DNA of 64,000 nt from Craspedostauros australis (GCA_030167865.1 JALAGF010000911.1:1-64000), one strand, 5' to 3'. Positions 48,001 to 61,987 are shown, counted from the stretch's first letter. Numbers and translations are program-made. The notes: generated by a model not told the origin, from the letters alone.

Positions 48001-49676
48001 ATTACCATGGTTGGGGCTTCAGCCTCACCAAGACCTATCCTGATCTCTGGATCAATCCGGATGATTCGGTGGTGCTGACTGTGGGCGGGGCCGAACTGAC
48101 TGTCTCCAAATTATTTTCCTGCGGCCTCACGTTACGCTTTCCTCGCATCGCGAAGGTTCGAATTGACGGCGATGAGAAACCCGTGGAGGAGATCCACGAC
48201 GAGAAGGAGCTATTCAAAATGTTCCGCGAGAATGAGGAGACGAAGAATCAATGGCAAAAGGTGATTACATCGTCGTCACAAAGCCAGAATTCCGCTCGGA
48301 TGGACCCTCTTCAGATTTTGTCTTCCGTGACGAGATTCCTCACACCAGAAGAGTACATGCAGATCAAGAAGAAGCGCCGGCGTCGCGCTGCGACATCATT
48401 CTCGACGGTGCCCAAGGAGAACGACAGAACTTCGTGCGCGTTGCTGGGCGTCAACGTGGCGGTGCTGGATGGGATGTACCGGATGCCTCTTGACAGCGTC
48501 GATGCTCGAGAGGGCAAGGAGGAGGGATGGCTGTATGCGGCGTCGCTTGTGAGGCGCAAGGAAGACGTCATGCGGTTCATCCAGCTGCATGGTGGGAAGG
48601 TGTACGTGGTCGCAGATGGAAGCGACGCGCTTGTGATCGGTGGTCGGGAAAAGGATGCGAAGGTCGTCGTCAACATGAGAGCGATCAACTCTGCGCGAAG
48701 CCAAGTGAATGCGCTGCGAGCAAAGCGCAGCTGCAGCAAGAAGGAGGAGCAAATCTTGAAGGTGGCCGAGTTTGATGGCATCCTGAAGTGGACGTTCCTC
48801 TATTCGATCGTCAAGAAGTACCTGCAAGAAGTAGAGGAGATCGACACCGAAGAACCCCTCACAAGAACCATCAAGGATCACTACCCCCATCTGCTCATCC
48901 CACGCCGACATGACTTCTTGGCCCGAAGCAAGTCGATCAACGGTGGCAGCGATGATGACGACGAAGACGATGCCATCTACGACGGCGAAAGCAACCAACC
49001 AATATCGATCTTTGACCTCACGAGGTCCATCGAAGATGTCGCCAGAAAGAGACAGAACAGCAGCAGCAGCAACGGCAGCAGCAGCAGCGGAGTTGGAACA
49101 TGGCGGTGGAGCATCCAGTCGAGTATGACGTCTCATCTCACTGGCGATGATATGTGTTCCTTGGGCACCTCGTACCAGCCATTCTGGCCTCAACCTGATG
49201 TGCGGCATGAGTGGAAGCAAGCTAGCTTCGTGACCCTGTACCCTGACATCTTCGTGGACGCCCATGATCATCCCTTCCATTTCGACGACACCAGCAACGC
49301 AACGGCATCCCCATCCAAGAAGGCCCGGCGGAGTCCCACCCCCAATCCCGGAGCCGCCGAAGATGGAGGACCGCACCGAATCGATCCCGAATTGGATCAC
49401 TTGATGGCATGCGTGCACTTGGCACGCGCGATGGGCGCCGCAACCACGTACCAGTTGCACCAGAAGGTCACTCACATCTTGTGCGATCTGGATGATGACA
49501 TCTCCTGGGCAGACTATGACCCGACGTCAACGCATGTCGTCATGTTCCGGGACAGGAGCAGAGGCGCAAAGCTCCTGCGTTGCTTGTCGCAGTTGCGCCA
49601 AGACGATCCCGCGGCCAAGTTCATGCTGGTGTCGCCCTCGTGGGTGCGCTCCAAGTGGCCGTCGACAGAAGGATGA
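45040..49676 (+). CDS. LIG4: DNA ligase IV (ATP-dependent, NHEJ), 2 exons
   Basis: Exons 45040..46146 and 46395..49676. N-terminal IYPFLRLLMPDID, motif I EIKLDGER, ILDSEVI, EGLVMK, WWKYKPDY, DIDVVILGAY, TLRFPRI, and two C-terminal BRCT-like regions (IQLHGGKV...; VTHILC...LVSPSWV). Confidence 0.93.
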
Positions 49677-50782
49677 CGCAATGCGATCGAGAGGTGCTGA
49701 TGTATCTGGAGACGGAGCAGAGCAGAGTAGAGTAGAGTGAAGCAGAATGTGGATGGTGAAACAATAGAGTATGCCTTGGTGAAGTCGTCCGTTGATCCCA
49801 TTTTCAAGCCGAAACCACATTGTAAATATGCAAGTATTATGTATTTCACCGTGACTTCCAATCACAATTTTTTACGAATATAATTTGTTGTGCCATGTTT
49901 ACCGCAGATCCATGTGTTGAAACTGGACAGACAAAACAAGATCAACATCATAGACAGACACTACAAACAGACATACATATATGTAAATACAATGGACATT
50001 CAATACTAACAGACATACATGTATCCAGTCACGCAATCGCAACGATTGAATCGTGGATGATGGTGATCACGGAGACGACTTGTAAAAATTGATCAATATG
50101 GCGGTTAATAACGGTTATTATGAGAATGGAACAAAGACGATTGTGCGCCGAGATTTGAATTCCTGGAATTGTGAACGGAAAGCAACATGGTCACTGCGGG
50201 ATTCACTTAGAAAGAGTCTTGGCGCCACCCACAATTTGAACCCAACCTCCCCCCAACCAAAGCCCACACAACGTGTGAAGCCTCCTCCGTTGCATGCATC
50301 TTGGATGCATCATACGTGCAATACCAGTGGTGGCAGTAGGTGTCGGCGGCAACTGAAGCAACAAGTTGTGACAACAGAAGACACGAGGATCGCAGAGAGT
50401 GTCAGAGAGCAACGGTCGTCGTGTGGACAACAATGCCCATCCCGGCACATGTGTGCCATGGATGTTGGTCGACCTTGAGTTCGTGCAACCTCCAGACTTC
50501 GTCGCAACTGATTCGCCTATCAGTGTTGTCTTGTGCACAACTGCCATCACCCTCATTCACTCTGGAGACGACTAACTCATTCCACCCCATTCATCCATCT
50601 TCCTCCCCATTCATTCCACACTCAGAAGCCGAGCGACTTTAACACACTAACATACTCTACTTGACTCTACTTTCTCTACTCGCATCTTCATTTGGATACA
50701 AACTGAGACTCCACTGAGACTTTCTCGAACACCAGTGCTGTAACCACATCCACAATCACAATCACAATCGCCAGACACAGAC

Positions 50783-52896
50783 ATGACGTGCGATCCAACC
50801 AGCATGGGCGCAGCCGCCTGCGACGACCTGATACGGGAGTACATCCACATCGACGATGATCCGCAACCCATCCTGGACAAAGACTCGCCTATTTTTAGTG
50901 AATTTGGCACCAGCAATTCGTACGATGACTTGGACGATGATGGCCGCTTCAGCTCCATGGAGTACGGAGCTTCGGAAGGGGTCGAGCAAGGTTATGGCCA
51001 TGGCAACAAGACGAGCGAGCACGGGGACACGATAGATGACACCTTCTACTCCGAGCCCACCTACGGCAGCAACGGGGTCATCAAGAGCGTCGAGCCCCAG
51101 CCCGAACGCGGCGGACGTCGTCGCAAGTTTGCCTTCCTGTGGCTCCTTGTCGTGGGCGCCATCATCGGTGGAGCATTCGCCATTGCGGCCAGAGCAAGGA
51201 GGGAGGACGATGATGCACCTGACACGACCGGCAACGAAGCCGTGCAGCAGGATCGCGACATCATCATCACGGCAAGCCCAACTTCCGCGCCTGTTCAGAA
51301 GGAGGAGGAGACAGCTGAGCCAACCGCAATGCCAAGCGCAGCAACTGGCGCACCAACTGTGAGTCCCATTGAGGGCACCACGCATGTGAGTCCTGATATT
51401 TGATACTCTGCTCACAAACTGCCGCAGACGCAAGCGCAATGCCATGCAATGCAATGCAAACTGCGTGCTTGAGGGGCGACACTTTGCGAGCATAGCCCAT
51501 CTTGCGGAGAGCATCGGAGAGTTGGAAACAACAGAACAATCCTCATCATTCATCGCTCTTCATTTGTCACTCACACCGTCTCAATCCACATTTGTAGCCG
51601 ACTCTGCGGCCCACTCTTTCACCAACTTCGCAACCATCTCCGACACCAATGTCACAAACAACTTCACAACCGACTTCACAACCAACCTCGCAGCCGACGT
51701 CTCAGCCGACGTCTCAGCCAACGCTGAATCCGAGCTCGAAACTGACCTCTGCACCAACAGAACAGCAAGTCCTCTCGACGTCTTCGCCAACAGCCGCTCC
51801 ATCAAAGGCAACACCGGTGCCAACGACGGAACCAACGTCTTTCCCAACGCGCTCTGGTTCCAGAATCACCGTGGGTGTGTACTACTACGCGAATTACGGT
51901 CAGAATGGTCTCTTCACGCCAGACGACTACTTGAGGGATAGCATTGGCCAACGGCCGACGCTGGGCGATTACAGCAGCAACGATCCTGAAACCGTCAGAC
52001 GGCATCTTGAGTGGAGCCGCAAGGCCAACATCGGCCTCTGGGTCACGTCGTACCGTGGTGAAGGAACCCCGGAGGATGTGGCACTGCAGCAAACCATCTT
52101 GAAGCATGAGAACCTCCGCGACATGCGGATTGCCCTGATGTACGAATCGATGGAACGAGTGAAGGCGTCCGAGGGATACACCACGCAGCGTGTCAAGAAT
52201 GACATGCAGTACATGTGCGACAACTACTTCAACCGTGCAAACTATTACCGCATCGATGGCCGGCCGATCGTCGTCATCGCCCTCACCAGAGTTCTGGAAC
52301 GTCACGAGGCGCTGGCTGATGTGATCTCGATCATGCGATCCATCGATGGCTGCGACCCCTACCTCATCGGCGATCATGCCTTCCAGCTGGCTCCGGATAT
52401 CGGCCACCAATCCGTAGCATTCGACTCCCTGGACGCCATCACGAACCATGACGTGTACGGTGGCATGATGACTGTGGATAACTACGTTGGCGAGGACACC
52501 ATTGAGAACTACTACTTGGAGCAGTCCAATTGGAAGCTGCACACTGTGCTGAGCAAGATCGGCTTCATCCCGTCCGTCACGCCCGGCTTCAACAACCGCG
52601 CATTCGACCCGCAGTCTTCCCTCACGCCCATGGCACGCAAGCTGACTTCCCTCTCGGACTCTGGCAGCACGTTCCGTTTCGCGCTGGGAGAAGCCCGGCG
52701 GCAGGTGACACAAGGCACCAACAACCTCCTGCTGGTCAACTCTTTCAATCATTGGATCGACGACACGCAGATCGAGCCGGTCACCGGCGCGCCGTTATCG
52801 GGTGTCGAAAGCTTGACGCAGGGGATCGACTACGAGGCGTACCGCGAGCAGTACTTGAACATTCTGAATGAACGCACGGAAGGGCAGATGCGTTGA
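50783..52896 (+). CDS. GH99-like endo-alpha-mannosidase homologue, copy 1 (catalytic motif altered), 2 exons
   Basis: Exons 50783..51385 and 51598..52896. TM FAFLWLLVVGAIIGGAFAIAA, P/T/S stalk, and domain motifs LGDYSSNDPETVRRHL, YYRIDGRPIV and PGFNN. It reads NSFNHWIDDTQIEP instead of NSFNEWHEDTQIEP. Confidence 0.85.
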
Positions 52897-53689
52897 AAAA
52901 CGAATCAATCGGGAAGAGGAGGGGAGGGAAGGGAATTGCATGTGCTTCTTTTGTTTTGAAGTGAAGGATTGAATTTGTAATGCATTGTCCTACTACTACA
53001 AATACCAACAGTAGAATAGGCACACCATTGAAACAACAACAACAACCAATGTCACCCGCGATGGAATACTCCCCTCCAGAGTGCTATCGGCATGGCACCG
53101 TACCTATTTTATTTCATCCCGCCAAGTGAGGACACCACGGAACATCATTGGATGTTTGGACCCTGAGTGAAGCGTTTTCCCATGTGTTCGGATGGTGTGA
53201 AGTGGAGCATTGTGCGTAGTCGAGCTGCGTGTGTGATGATACCAAATGATGAACACAACGGGTTCCATTGGCAAAAAATGCGAAGAGATGACAACCAATG
53301 ATGATTCATGCGAAGTCGCCCTTGTGGCTTTGCGGTCGGTTGGGGTCGTGTATAATAGCTGCTGCCTTAATTAGATTCGTCGCCATGGCGCCCATCGAGA
53401 GACAGGTGGTCATAATTTTGGTGACAAATTTGTGAACATCCATGTGGAACATGGCGACGATTGTGGATGTGATCAATGGCCGTTGAAGATGGCGGCGTGC
53501 GCAGTGGTGGCGATTGTGTGAGCAGAGCAGAGCGCAGTGGAAGAGAGTGAGGTGGGGCAGAGTGCTCACCCTCACACTCACACTCATACTCACACTCAAC
53601 CATTGGATACTCTGCTCTAATCCATTGGAATAACAGAGCAACATACTACTCTAGTGGTACTATACTCTGCCTCATTGAACATCACCACG

Positions 53690-55927
53690 ATGGCGTCGTT
53701 CTCGTTCTTCTCCCAATCGGAAGATGGCTTGAATTCTCCCAACGCCAACTCGCACAACGACGAGGAGGAGGGTCGCGGCATGCACATTCACTATGATGCG
53801 GCCGAGATTGTGAGGATCCGCAATGGCGCATCGGCATTCGAAGAAGACGAATGGAGCCGCGAAGATGGTGCTCCCAGCTTCGACGACCGCAGTGAAACCA
53901 ACGTGGCCATCGAAACGACCATCGCCAAGCCCAATCCCAACGACATCTCCTGCGATACGTACGTGATGTACGCCAAGCATGTTCCTGACGATGATGATAA
54001 GAGCGAAGGCGACATCGTTTGCGGGTTCTTCTGTTGCTGCTGCACGTCGAGGTTCCTCAAATGGATGCTTCTCGTCCTGCTTCTGGCAGCAATCGCCACG
54101 GGGGTCACCGTCGGTGTGCTGCATCGTCGGAACTCGGTTTCTAAAACCACAGTCGCTGGGGCAAGGGGCGGCATCGAAGAGCCAGCGGGAGAGGATAACA
54201 GCAACACTGACAGCAATGGCAGTAATGACAACGATAACGTTGGTGGCATTGACACCAACACTGACAATAGTGACAATGAGGGAGAGGGGAATGGGGAAGA
54301 TGGTGCCAATGATGGCAAGGGGGAGGGGAAAGACAAGGATCCCGACGACGCAAACACCGATCAGCCAACATTGAGCCCTACGAGCACGGGCACAACAAGT
54401 TCTGGTTCGCGGGAAGTGTCATCCGTTCCAACAAGTGCCCCAACAAATAATCCAACGGCGTTGCCAACCAGCAATCCGACGACGATGCCAACGAAGCGAC
54501 CGACAACGAGTCCAACCAGTCAACCGACGGCCACACCAACGCAGCGGCCAACATCCATGCCAACGAGTTCACCCACCACGAGGCCAACCAGTCAACCGAC
54601 GGCCACACCAACGCAGCGGCCAACATCCATGCCAACGAGTTCACCCACCACGAGGCCGACGGCTTTCAAATCGTCCGGGGCGGAGCTAACCGTCGGCGTG
54701 TACTACTACCCCTGGCATGGCAACAACTTTCATGGCAGACGCTACTTGCGACAATACTTGCAACCTCGGCATTTTCCTGAGCTGGGCGAGTACGACGACT
54801 CCAAACCGGAGACCGTCACGCAGCATCTCAAATGGAGCCGGCAGGCTAACGTCAATCTGTGGGTCACCAGCTGGTGGGGTCCCGACAGCCGCGAAGATAA
54901 GACGACGAAGGACGTCATTTTGCCGCACGAGGATCTGGGGGATATGAAGATCGCCTTGCATTACGAGACGACCGGCCGCATGAAGGACAACCTGGGTGGG
55001 TACAACACGGACAGGGCCTTCGATGATATCATCTACATGTGCGACAACTACTTCTCCCATCCCAACTACTACCACATCGATGGCCGCCCGGTCCTCGTCC
55101 TCTACATCACGCGATGGGTCGAGAACCGGGGGTTGCTCTCCGAATTGATCAGCCAGATGCGGGCGGCCGGGGAGTACTGCGGCACGGGTGTCTACCTCAT
55201 CGGCGATCACGTCTTCAACTCGCCACCTCCGTCGGACGGACCCTACTTGCCCCTTCTCTACCTCGACGGCGTCACCAATTACGACGTCTACGGCGCCATG
55301 CGCAGTCCAACGTACTATGCTGGCGAAGATGTCGTCAACGCCTACTTTGACGTGCAGAACCAATGGCGCACGCGAGCCCGCGAACACAACTGCGCCTACA
55401 TTCCGGCCGTCAGTCCTGGCTTCAATGACAGAGGCGTGCGGTTGGAGGTGGATCATCAGCCGCTGTCGAGGCGGTTGACGCCAGATTCCGAGCCAGGCAG
55501 CCTCTTCCGGTACGCATTGCGGAAGGCGAGACACACGGTCGATGAGACTTCGGACAACTTGATTCTGATCAACTCTTTCAATGGTGAGTCTCGATGGGCT
55601 TTGTTGGTTTCAATGTCTTCGGTGTCGTGTGGAATCGTCTGCTTGTGTGGATAGATAGTACTTTCTTCTATTGTTTGCTACGTCACACAACAGGTAATAC
55701 GTATGACTGCATACTCACACATAATGGACATTCATTGATATCTTGGCCTTGCACACGTCCTGTTTTCTCCTATTTTTGCAGAATGGCATGAGGACAGTCA
55801 GATCGAGCCTGTTGCCGTTGGTCCAGCCAGCGCCAGCGAACCATTCGACATGACAAAGGGTGTTGAGTACGAGGCTTATGGAGAGCTGTACTTGAACATC
55901 TTGCGTGACGAGACGGTGACTGAATAA
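53690..55927 (+). CDS. GH99-like endo-alpha-mannosidase, copy 2, 2 exons
   Basis: Exons 53690..55583 and 55782..55927. Motifs VGVYYYPWH, LGEYDDSKPE, VTSWWG, HPNYYHIDGRPV, SPGFND and spliced INSFN-EWHEDSQIEP. Confidence 0.88.
54512..54655 (+). repeat. Perfect 72-nt tandem duplication in the GH99 copy 2 stalk
   Basis: 54512-54583 is identical to 54584-54655 and encodes PTSQPTATPTQRPTSMPTSSPTTR. Confidence 0.9.
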
Positions 55928-56217
55928 ACCAGCATCGCCATGGTCATTTGCAGAAGTCATGTCCATGTCGATGCCCATGCAGTTTGAGTGTGATGCAACC
56001 CAGCAAAGTGTTTTGATGGATCCACATTTGTCCGAGACTTCGTGATGCGTCCACTCCGTCATTCGCAGGAAATGGCCCGAAGACCGTGAAGACCGTGAAG
56101 ACGATACCTCAATTCAGTTGGGCCTCATGGAGTCTTCTGAACTCAAGTACTCTCCTTGCATAGTACTAGTCCGCATTCCATTAGACTGGCTACTCGCCTA
56201 TCGAAATCATCATCTAC

Positions 56218-57742
56218 TCACATGTCAAAGCAAGCTCCATCAGGCACCGTGCAAGATCGGAGAATGTCGAGGTACAGTTCTCCGTATCCATCGTAGGAGA
56301 TACCGCGGGTGACGGATCCGGGCGAGGTTGTCACTTCGCCAGATGTCGGTTCAATCTGGGTATCCTCATGCCATTCTACTAGTATCAATGTCCACAACGT
56401 GTTGTGTTGGCAGTATTGAAAAGAGACGGCAATAGTCGTAGAACAGATTCGAGTGATGTGGAGTGGCGTAGAGTATGGTACATACACGCGCAGCACGCAA
56501 GAGCCGTTTGGTGAGAGACTGTGCGAGAAAGGAGACATGCCATACCATGCACACTGTTCCATTGCTTCGCACAACGAACTTACCGTTGAATGAATTGATC
56601 ATGAGAATGTTGTTTGCGGTCGAATCCGCCAGCTTCGTGGCTCTCGACAGTGTGGCACGGAACAAGCTCCCCTCCTCCATCTGCGCCGTGAGACGACGGG
56701 ACAGCGGATGATGGTCTGCATCTGGCCGTACACCGAGATCGTTGAATCCTGGAGATGCCGCCGGAATGTAGCTGCAATTGTGCGCCAGCGCTTGTGCCTT
56801 CCACTGCAGCTGTCTGTCGTAGTACTTGTCCAGGGCTTCCAAGCCGGCGTACGATTCTTGGTAGGTCATGCCACCGTAGACATCGTACGTCGTAACCGCA
56901 TCCAGGATGTTGAATGGACCGTATTCCCCATCCTCCGAAGGTGGAGCGCGGAATGTGTGGTCGCCGACGATGTAGATCTTCTTACCGCATGCTTCTGTCA
57001 CGCCAGCTCTCATCTCATCAACGACTGTTGACAGCTTGTCCACTCGCCACAGCACGCGTGATAGGTAGACGAAGAGGACTGGCCTGCCATCGATCGTGAG
57101 GTAGTTGGGATGATCGAAGTACTCGGCGCACATGAATTTCAAGTCAGGACGGATGCGCTGCGTGCTGTAGTCCTCCGACTTCTTCACACGGTTGGTGGTC
57201 TCGTAGAACAGAGCGATCTTGTGATCTTGCAGATCTTCGTGCGCCAGAATGGTGTTGCGTATCGTGGTGTCTTCTCGCTCTCCTTCGCCCCACCAACTCG
57301 TCACCCAGAGCCCGATGTTTGCCTGCCGACTCCAGACAAGGTGCTGCGTCACGGTCTCGGGCTTCGAGTCATCGTATTCGCCCAGTGTGGGTGCTTGGAG
57401 GGGGTCCAGCTGTTCGCGCAGGTATCCCTGACCGCGATGGAAATCATCCGAATGCCAGGGGTAGTAGTAGGCGCCGACGAGTATGTCGGGCGAGATCGTC
57501 GCGTTCCATCTGAAGTTGTCCAACCAGGCCTCAATGCTATCGGCGCGCTTCTGATTCCTCGCTTCAACGTCGACATCTTCAACTCTCTTGCCGCTGGCTT
57601 CGGCGGCCGCGGTGTTGCGTTGAGTCACGACGTAGGCAGCTACCGACCCGAAGATCACCACGCATACCATCAGGGTGACCCCCGACCAAAACAACCGCTT
57701 GCGACCGCTCTTGCGCTCGTGACTTCCCATGGCACCCAACAT
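56218..57742 (-). CDS. GH99-like endo-alpha-mannosidase, copy 3, 2 exons
   Basis: Exons 57742 (or 57730)..56584 and 56375..56218. Type II TM, short stalk, GAYYYPWH and spliced NSFN-EWHEDTQIEP. Confidence 0.88.
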
Positions 57743-58302
57743 GTTGCAGTCGTTCTCAGAAAGTCTCTTCACTTGCTGGCTTCTTCGCTTGATACCCAGC
57801 TCGTTTGGTTGCTTGTGCGATGTTTTCCTGTCCTGTTCTTGTCACAAAAATGTGACGATCCGGGATTTCTCACGCTGGTGAACAATGGGAGAAATGGAAC
57901 GATTTTGTCGACGCGTGTCCGCACATCCACGATCATGTCGCAGAGTTTCTCTTTTCTTCGAATGCGATCAGTTTGGCGAAAGAACAAGTGTCATTGAGAC
58001 ATATACCGTTATTTAGCGTTATTTCGGCGCCATTTCCTTTGCGTTTCATGTCTGAGTCGTGGATCGTCTCAATCATGAGTGTGTTTTTCTTCACTCACAA
58101 AATCGAGGCAGCGGAAACACTTTTCGATCTGTTGTGCCGAAGTCACACCTCCCGACTCTTCATGGGCATGGTGCAAGGACGACGGAATAGAGTAAGTAAA
58201 GCACTGTGCTTCTATGTGCTTTTATTTTCTAAATTGTATGGTATATCACCAACCATTCTCAATTCGGCGGGACTGTTCTATGGTGCGATTCTATTCCTCT
58301 CT

Positions 58303-60831
58303 TCAGTACGTTGTCGACGGCGTCGACGAATTGAAGCACGTTGAGCCACCCAACGTGCACTCTCGGAGGATGTCAAGGTACAGCTCTCCGTACCCGTCGT
58401 ATTCGATGCCACGGGTGAGTTCGAAAGGCGATGTGGTCACATTTCCGGCCGTTGGTTCGATCTGGGTATCCTCATGCCATTCTGTGGTTGTCGTGGCCAT
58501 CGTTGTTGTTGTTGTTGGTGGTGGTGGTGGTGTGCGAATGAGCAGAGCAAGGCAGATTTTGCAGTTGAGAAGCTGTGGACACAAACCGAACGCGGCAAGC
58601 AGACAAGTAGATCAAGCACATGCTTGTGCATCAGCCAAGCGCTCGTTCGTTTCCGCCAATCCATGTACATACGCAGGGTTACACTTACCATTGAATGAAT
58701 TGACCATGAGGATGTGCTTCGATGCCTTATTCGTCATCTTCATGGCCCTCGAAAGGGCAGCGCGGAGCAGGGTGCCCTCGTCCATCTCTGGAGTGAGACG
58801 GCGTGACAGTGGCGGATGGGCGGCTTCGAGCCGGACACCCAGGTCGTTGAATCCTGGAGTCACGCCGGGGATGTAAGTGCAGTTGTGCGTATCGGCCAAC
58901 GCCATCCACCTCAGCTGCCTGATGTAGTACTTGTCGACATTCTTGATGCCGGCGTAGTACTCCTGTTGAGTCATGCCGCCGTAGACGTCGTATGACGTTG
59001 CAGCATCCAGGATGTTGAACGCGCCGTATTCCAAGTAAAGCAACGGCGGTCCGCGGAAGGTGTGGTCGCCGACGACGTACAGGTCTTTGCCGCATTTGGC
59101 CTTGACGGTTTCTTTCATCTTGGCAACGACGGCCCCGAGGGCTCCAACCTGCCACAGCACTCGGCTGAGGTAGATGAAGAGCACGGGCCGGTCGTCGATC
59201 GTGAGGTAGTTGGGGTGGTCGAAGAAGTTCTCGCACATGAACTCCATGTCGGGACCGACACGCTGGATGGTGTAGTTCTCTGCGTGCTTCACGCGGCTTG
59301 TGGTTTCGTAGAGGAGAGAGATCTTGTGATCCCCGAGGTCTTCGTGAGGGAGGATGGTGTTGCGGATGGTCCAATCGTCGCGTCCACCTTCGCCCCACCA
59401 GCTGGTAACCCACAGCCCGATGTTCGCCTGCCGACTCCACGCAAGGTGCTGCGCCACGGTCTCGGGCTTGGAGTCGTCGTACTCACCCAGCGTGGGGAGT
59501 TGGATTGGATCCAGCTGGTGGCGCAAGTAAGTCTGGCCGTAGTGGAAGTTGTCCCCGTGCCACGGATAGTAGTATGCGCCAACCAACATGTCGGGTGAGA
59601 TGGTGGTATCCCAGTTAAAATTCTTCAAGAAGTTCTCAACTTTCTCCCCGCGCGCCCGATTCTCTTCGGTATTGGGATTGTTGTTTCCATTGCTGTTGCC
59701 ATCGTTTTCTCCTCCAGCACCATTGGAATCGTCGACAGCATCATCAGCATCGTCAGCATCGGTTGCATCGTTTGCATCATCGACGTCGTTTTCATCTGTG
59801 TCATTGGCATCGCTGGTATCATCGACATCTTCGTCAGCATCGGCATCTTCGTCAGCATCTGTTGTGTTGTTGGCGGCATCCACATCTTCGTCCGCGTCTG
59901 TTGTATTGTTGGCATCATCGATGTCGACGTCGGTAGTGTTGGCACCGTCGGTATCGGTTGCGTTGTTGGCATCATCGACATCCACGTCGGTAGTGTTGTT
60001 ACTGTCTGTGTTAGTTGTGTTGGTGCCATCGACGTCCACATCGGTAGTGTTGGCACCGTCTGCGTCAGTTGTGTTGGTGCCATCGATGTCCGCATCGGTA
60101 GTGTTGGCACCGTCGGTATCGGTTGTGTTGTTGGCATCATCGATGTCGACGTCGGTAGTGTTGGCACCATCGATATCGGTTGCGTTGTTGGCACCATCGA
60201 TATCTTCGTCGGAATCAGTAGAGTTGTTGGCACCGTTGGTATCATCGCCAGCATCGATGTCTTCGTCAGCGTCAGTAGAGTTGCTGGAGCCATTGGTATC
60301 ATCAACAGCATCGCTGTCTTCGTCAGTATTGTCCGTGACGCCCGAACCATCCATGCTGTTGATAATCTCATCTGTGTCTTCGTCTTCATCTTTGTCGTCG
60401 GTGTTGCCATTGCTACCATCGTTGACATCATCCGCATCACTTCCGCCATCACTTCCGCTGTCACCGTTGTTGCCGTCAGTACCGTCCTCCGTTCCAGAGC
60501 CATCCGTGCTGTTCTTGGTACCATCTTCATCAGTATCCTCAACGTCGCCACTGGCACCGCCATTGGCATCATCAACAACCACCTCATCTGTGGTGCTGTC
60601 GTTTCCTGTATCGCCATTAATGTCCACGCCAGGGATATCCCTGGCGACGCTCTCGATGTCATTGTCATCCAGAACAACATCGGCAAGAGAACCCTTTCCG
60701 TTATCTTGCTGCGACACCACGATGCCGGCGACCACTCCGATGAGCACAATTAAAACCACCAGGATGAGAGCCAAACAAAGCACCCCCCTGCGCTTAGTTC
60801 TGCGTTCGTCGCCTCCGACCGGACCTGCCAT
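58303..60831 (-). CDS. GH99-like endo-alpha-mannosidase, copy 4, with long acidic repeat stalk, 2 exons
   Basis: Exons 60831..58689 and 58481..58303. Type II TM, about 375 aa D/N/T-rich stalk, and spliced NSFN-EWHEDTQIEP. Confidence 0.88.
59850..60300 (-). repeat. Degenerate coding tandem repeat (D-G/D-A-N-(N)-T-T-D units)
   Basis: Recurrent plus-strand gtgttggcacc/gttgttggcatc units encoding DGANTTD and DDANNTTD. Confidence 0.82.
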
Positions 60832-61987
60832 CTTACTTTGCTTGTTTGGTGTTGTGCTGTTGTTGATGAGGTTCTTGGTTGTGATGAATTATGATCTCAT
60901 CTCGTCGTTTGTGTTTCCGTTCGGTCGGTTTGTGCCAGTTTGGTTGACTATGCCAGTGATGCAAACGCGCTGTGGCGTCGATTAGTAGTAGCTGTGGCAT
61001 CGATTGACCGGTCCTCCAATGGACCAAAAAGACAACGGAATGAGAATAATTGTGGAGTGTGGTACTTTGTGCCAGCAGCCACGACCAGGGATGGGACGAG
61101 AATTTGGGCGAGGTGAGTGAGGCAAGTTTCATCATTGGTTCTCCTCTGTGCCAAACTTGTGATGATGGTGGTGCTGGTTGGATCCAAGAGAGAATTTGTC
61201 TTTGTGATGGACGTTCTGAGAAACGGAGTTGCAAAATGAGAGAACAGACGTGGATGATTGTGTGGTGGCGGTGGATTGGAAGATTGAGCAAACTGCCGGA
61301 CCAATCACAGATCTTTAATATCCACGACTACTCGCCTCGATTGACGTGTTGGGCATACCAACCAACACGCCTGCGCACGATCCAGATCGTGCGAACTTTC
61401 GGTTGGATCTTGCCTTGCCTAAGTAGTGTTGGACTGATCGCAAGTGCTTACGTCATCTGTCCGTTGTTGAATTATGTCGTCAAATCGACTTCCTCTGTTT
61501 GGTTCCTCACGTGTTAATCGCGCCGATTTGAACACGAGCTGTAGTCCCTGTACGCACTCAATAGCGCTTTGGAGGACCTTGGAGAACTCTGGCGAAGCTT
61601 TTTGAAAACAAACATAGCAACGACATTTACACTGGGTTAAGTGGACGATTTGTATTCCAACTCCGTCGTTTTCATCGTAACGGCTATATCGGATCCCACG
61701 AAGTCACGACTGACATGACCAGGTCAGCTGAGTCATGAATTTCTGAGTCATGGATATCATGTCAATGGCCTGTACGTCGACCTGTCACAGAACTCATACG
61801 GCACATTCTCCTCTTCTGCGACGAGTATGCCCGTAAGATCTTCATCGAACTCGGCGAGACTATTCGAATACGAGTTACGAGGTAAGAATAGCGTTGTACT
61901 ATACACAACATACACTCTGCTCTGCATTGGATTAGAGTGACGGGAGTGTTGCTGCATTTGTATTTGTCCTGTGGCAGAGTGCGGGGC

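Noticed and set aside
59588-60985. 465-aa plus-strand S/V/L-rich ORF
   Set aside because: Antisense shadow of the GH99 copy 4 acidic stalk.
61757-61957. Short minus-strand ORF downstream of GH99 copy 5 as an extra exon
   Set aside because: Copy 5 already stops at 61988, and no supporting splice model or motif was found.
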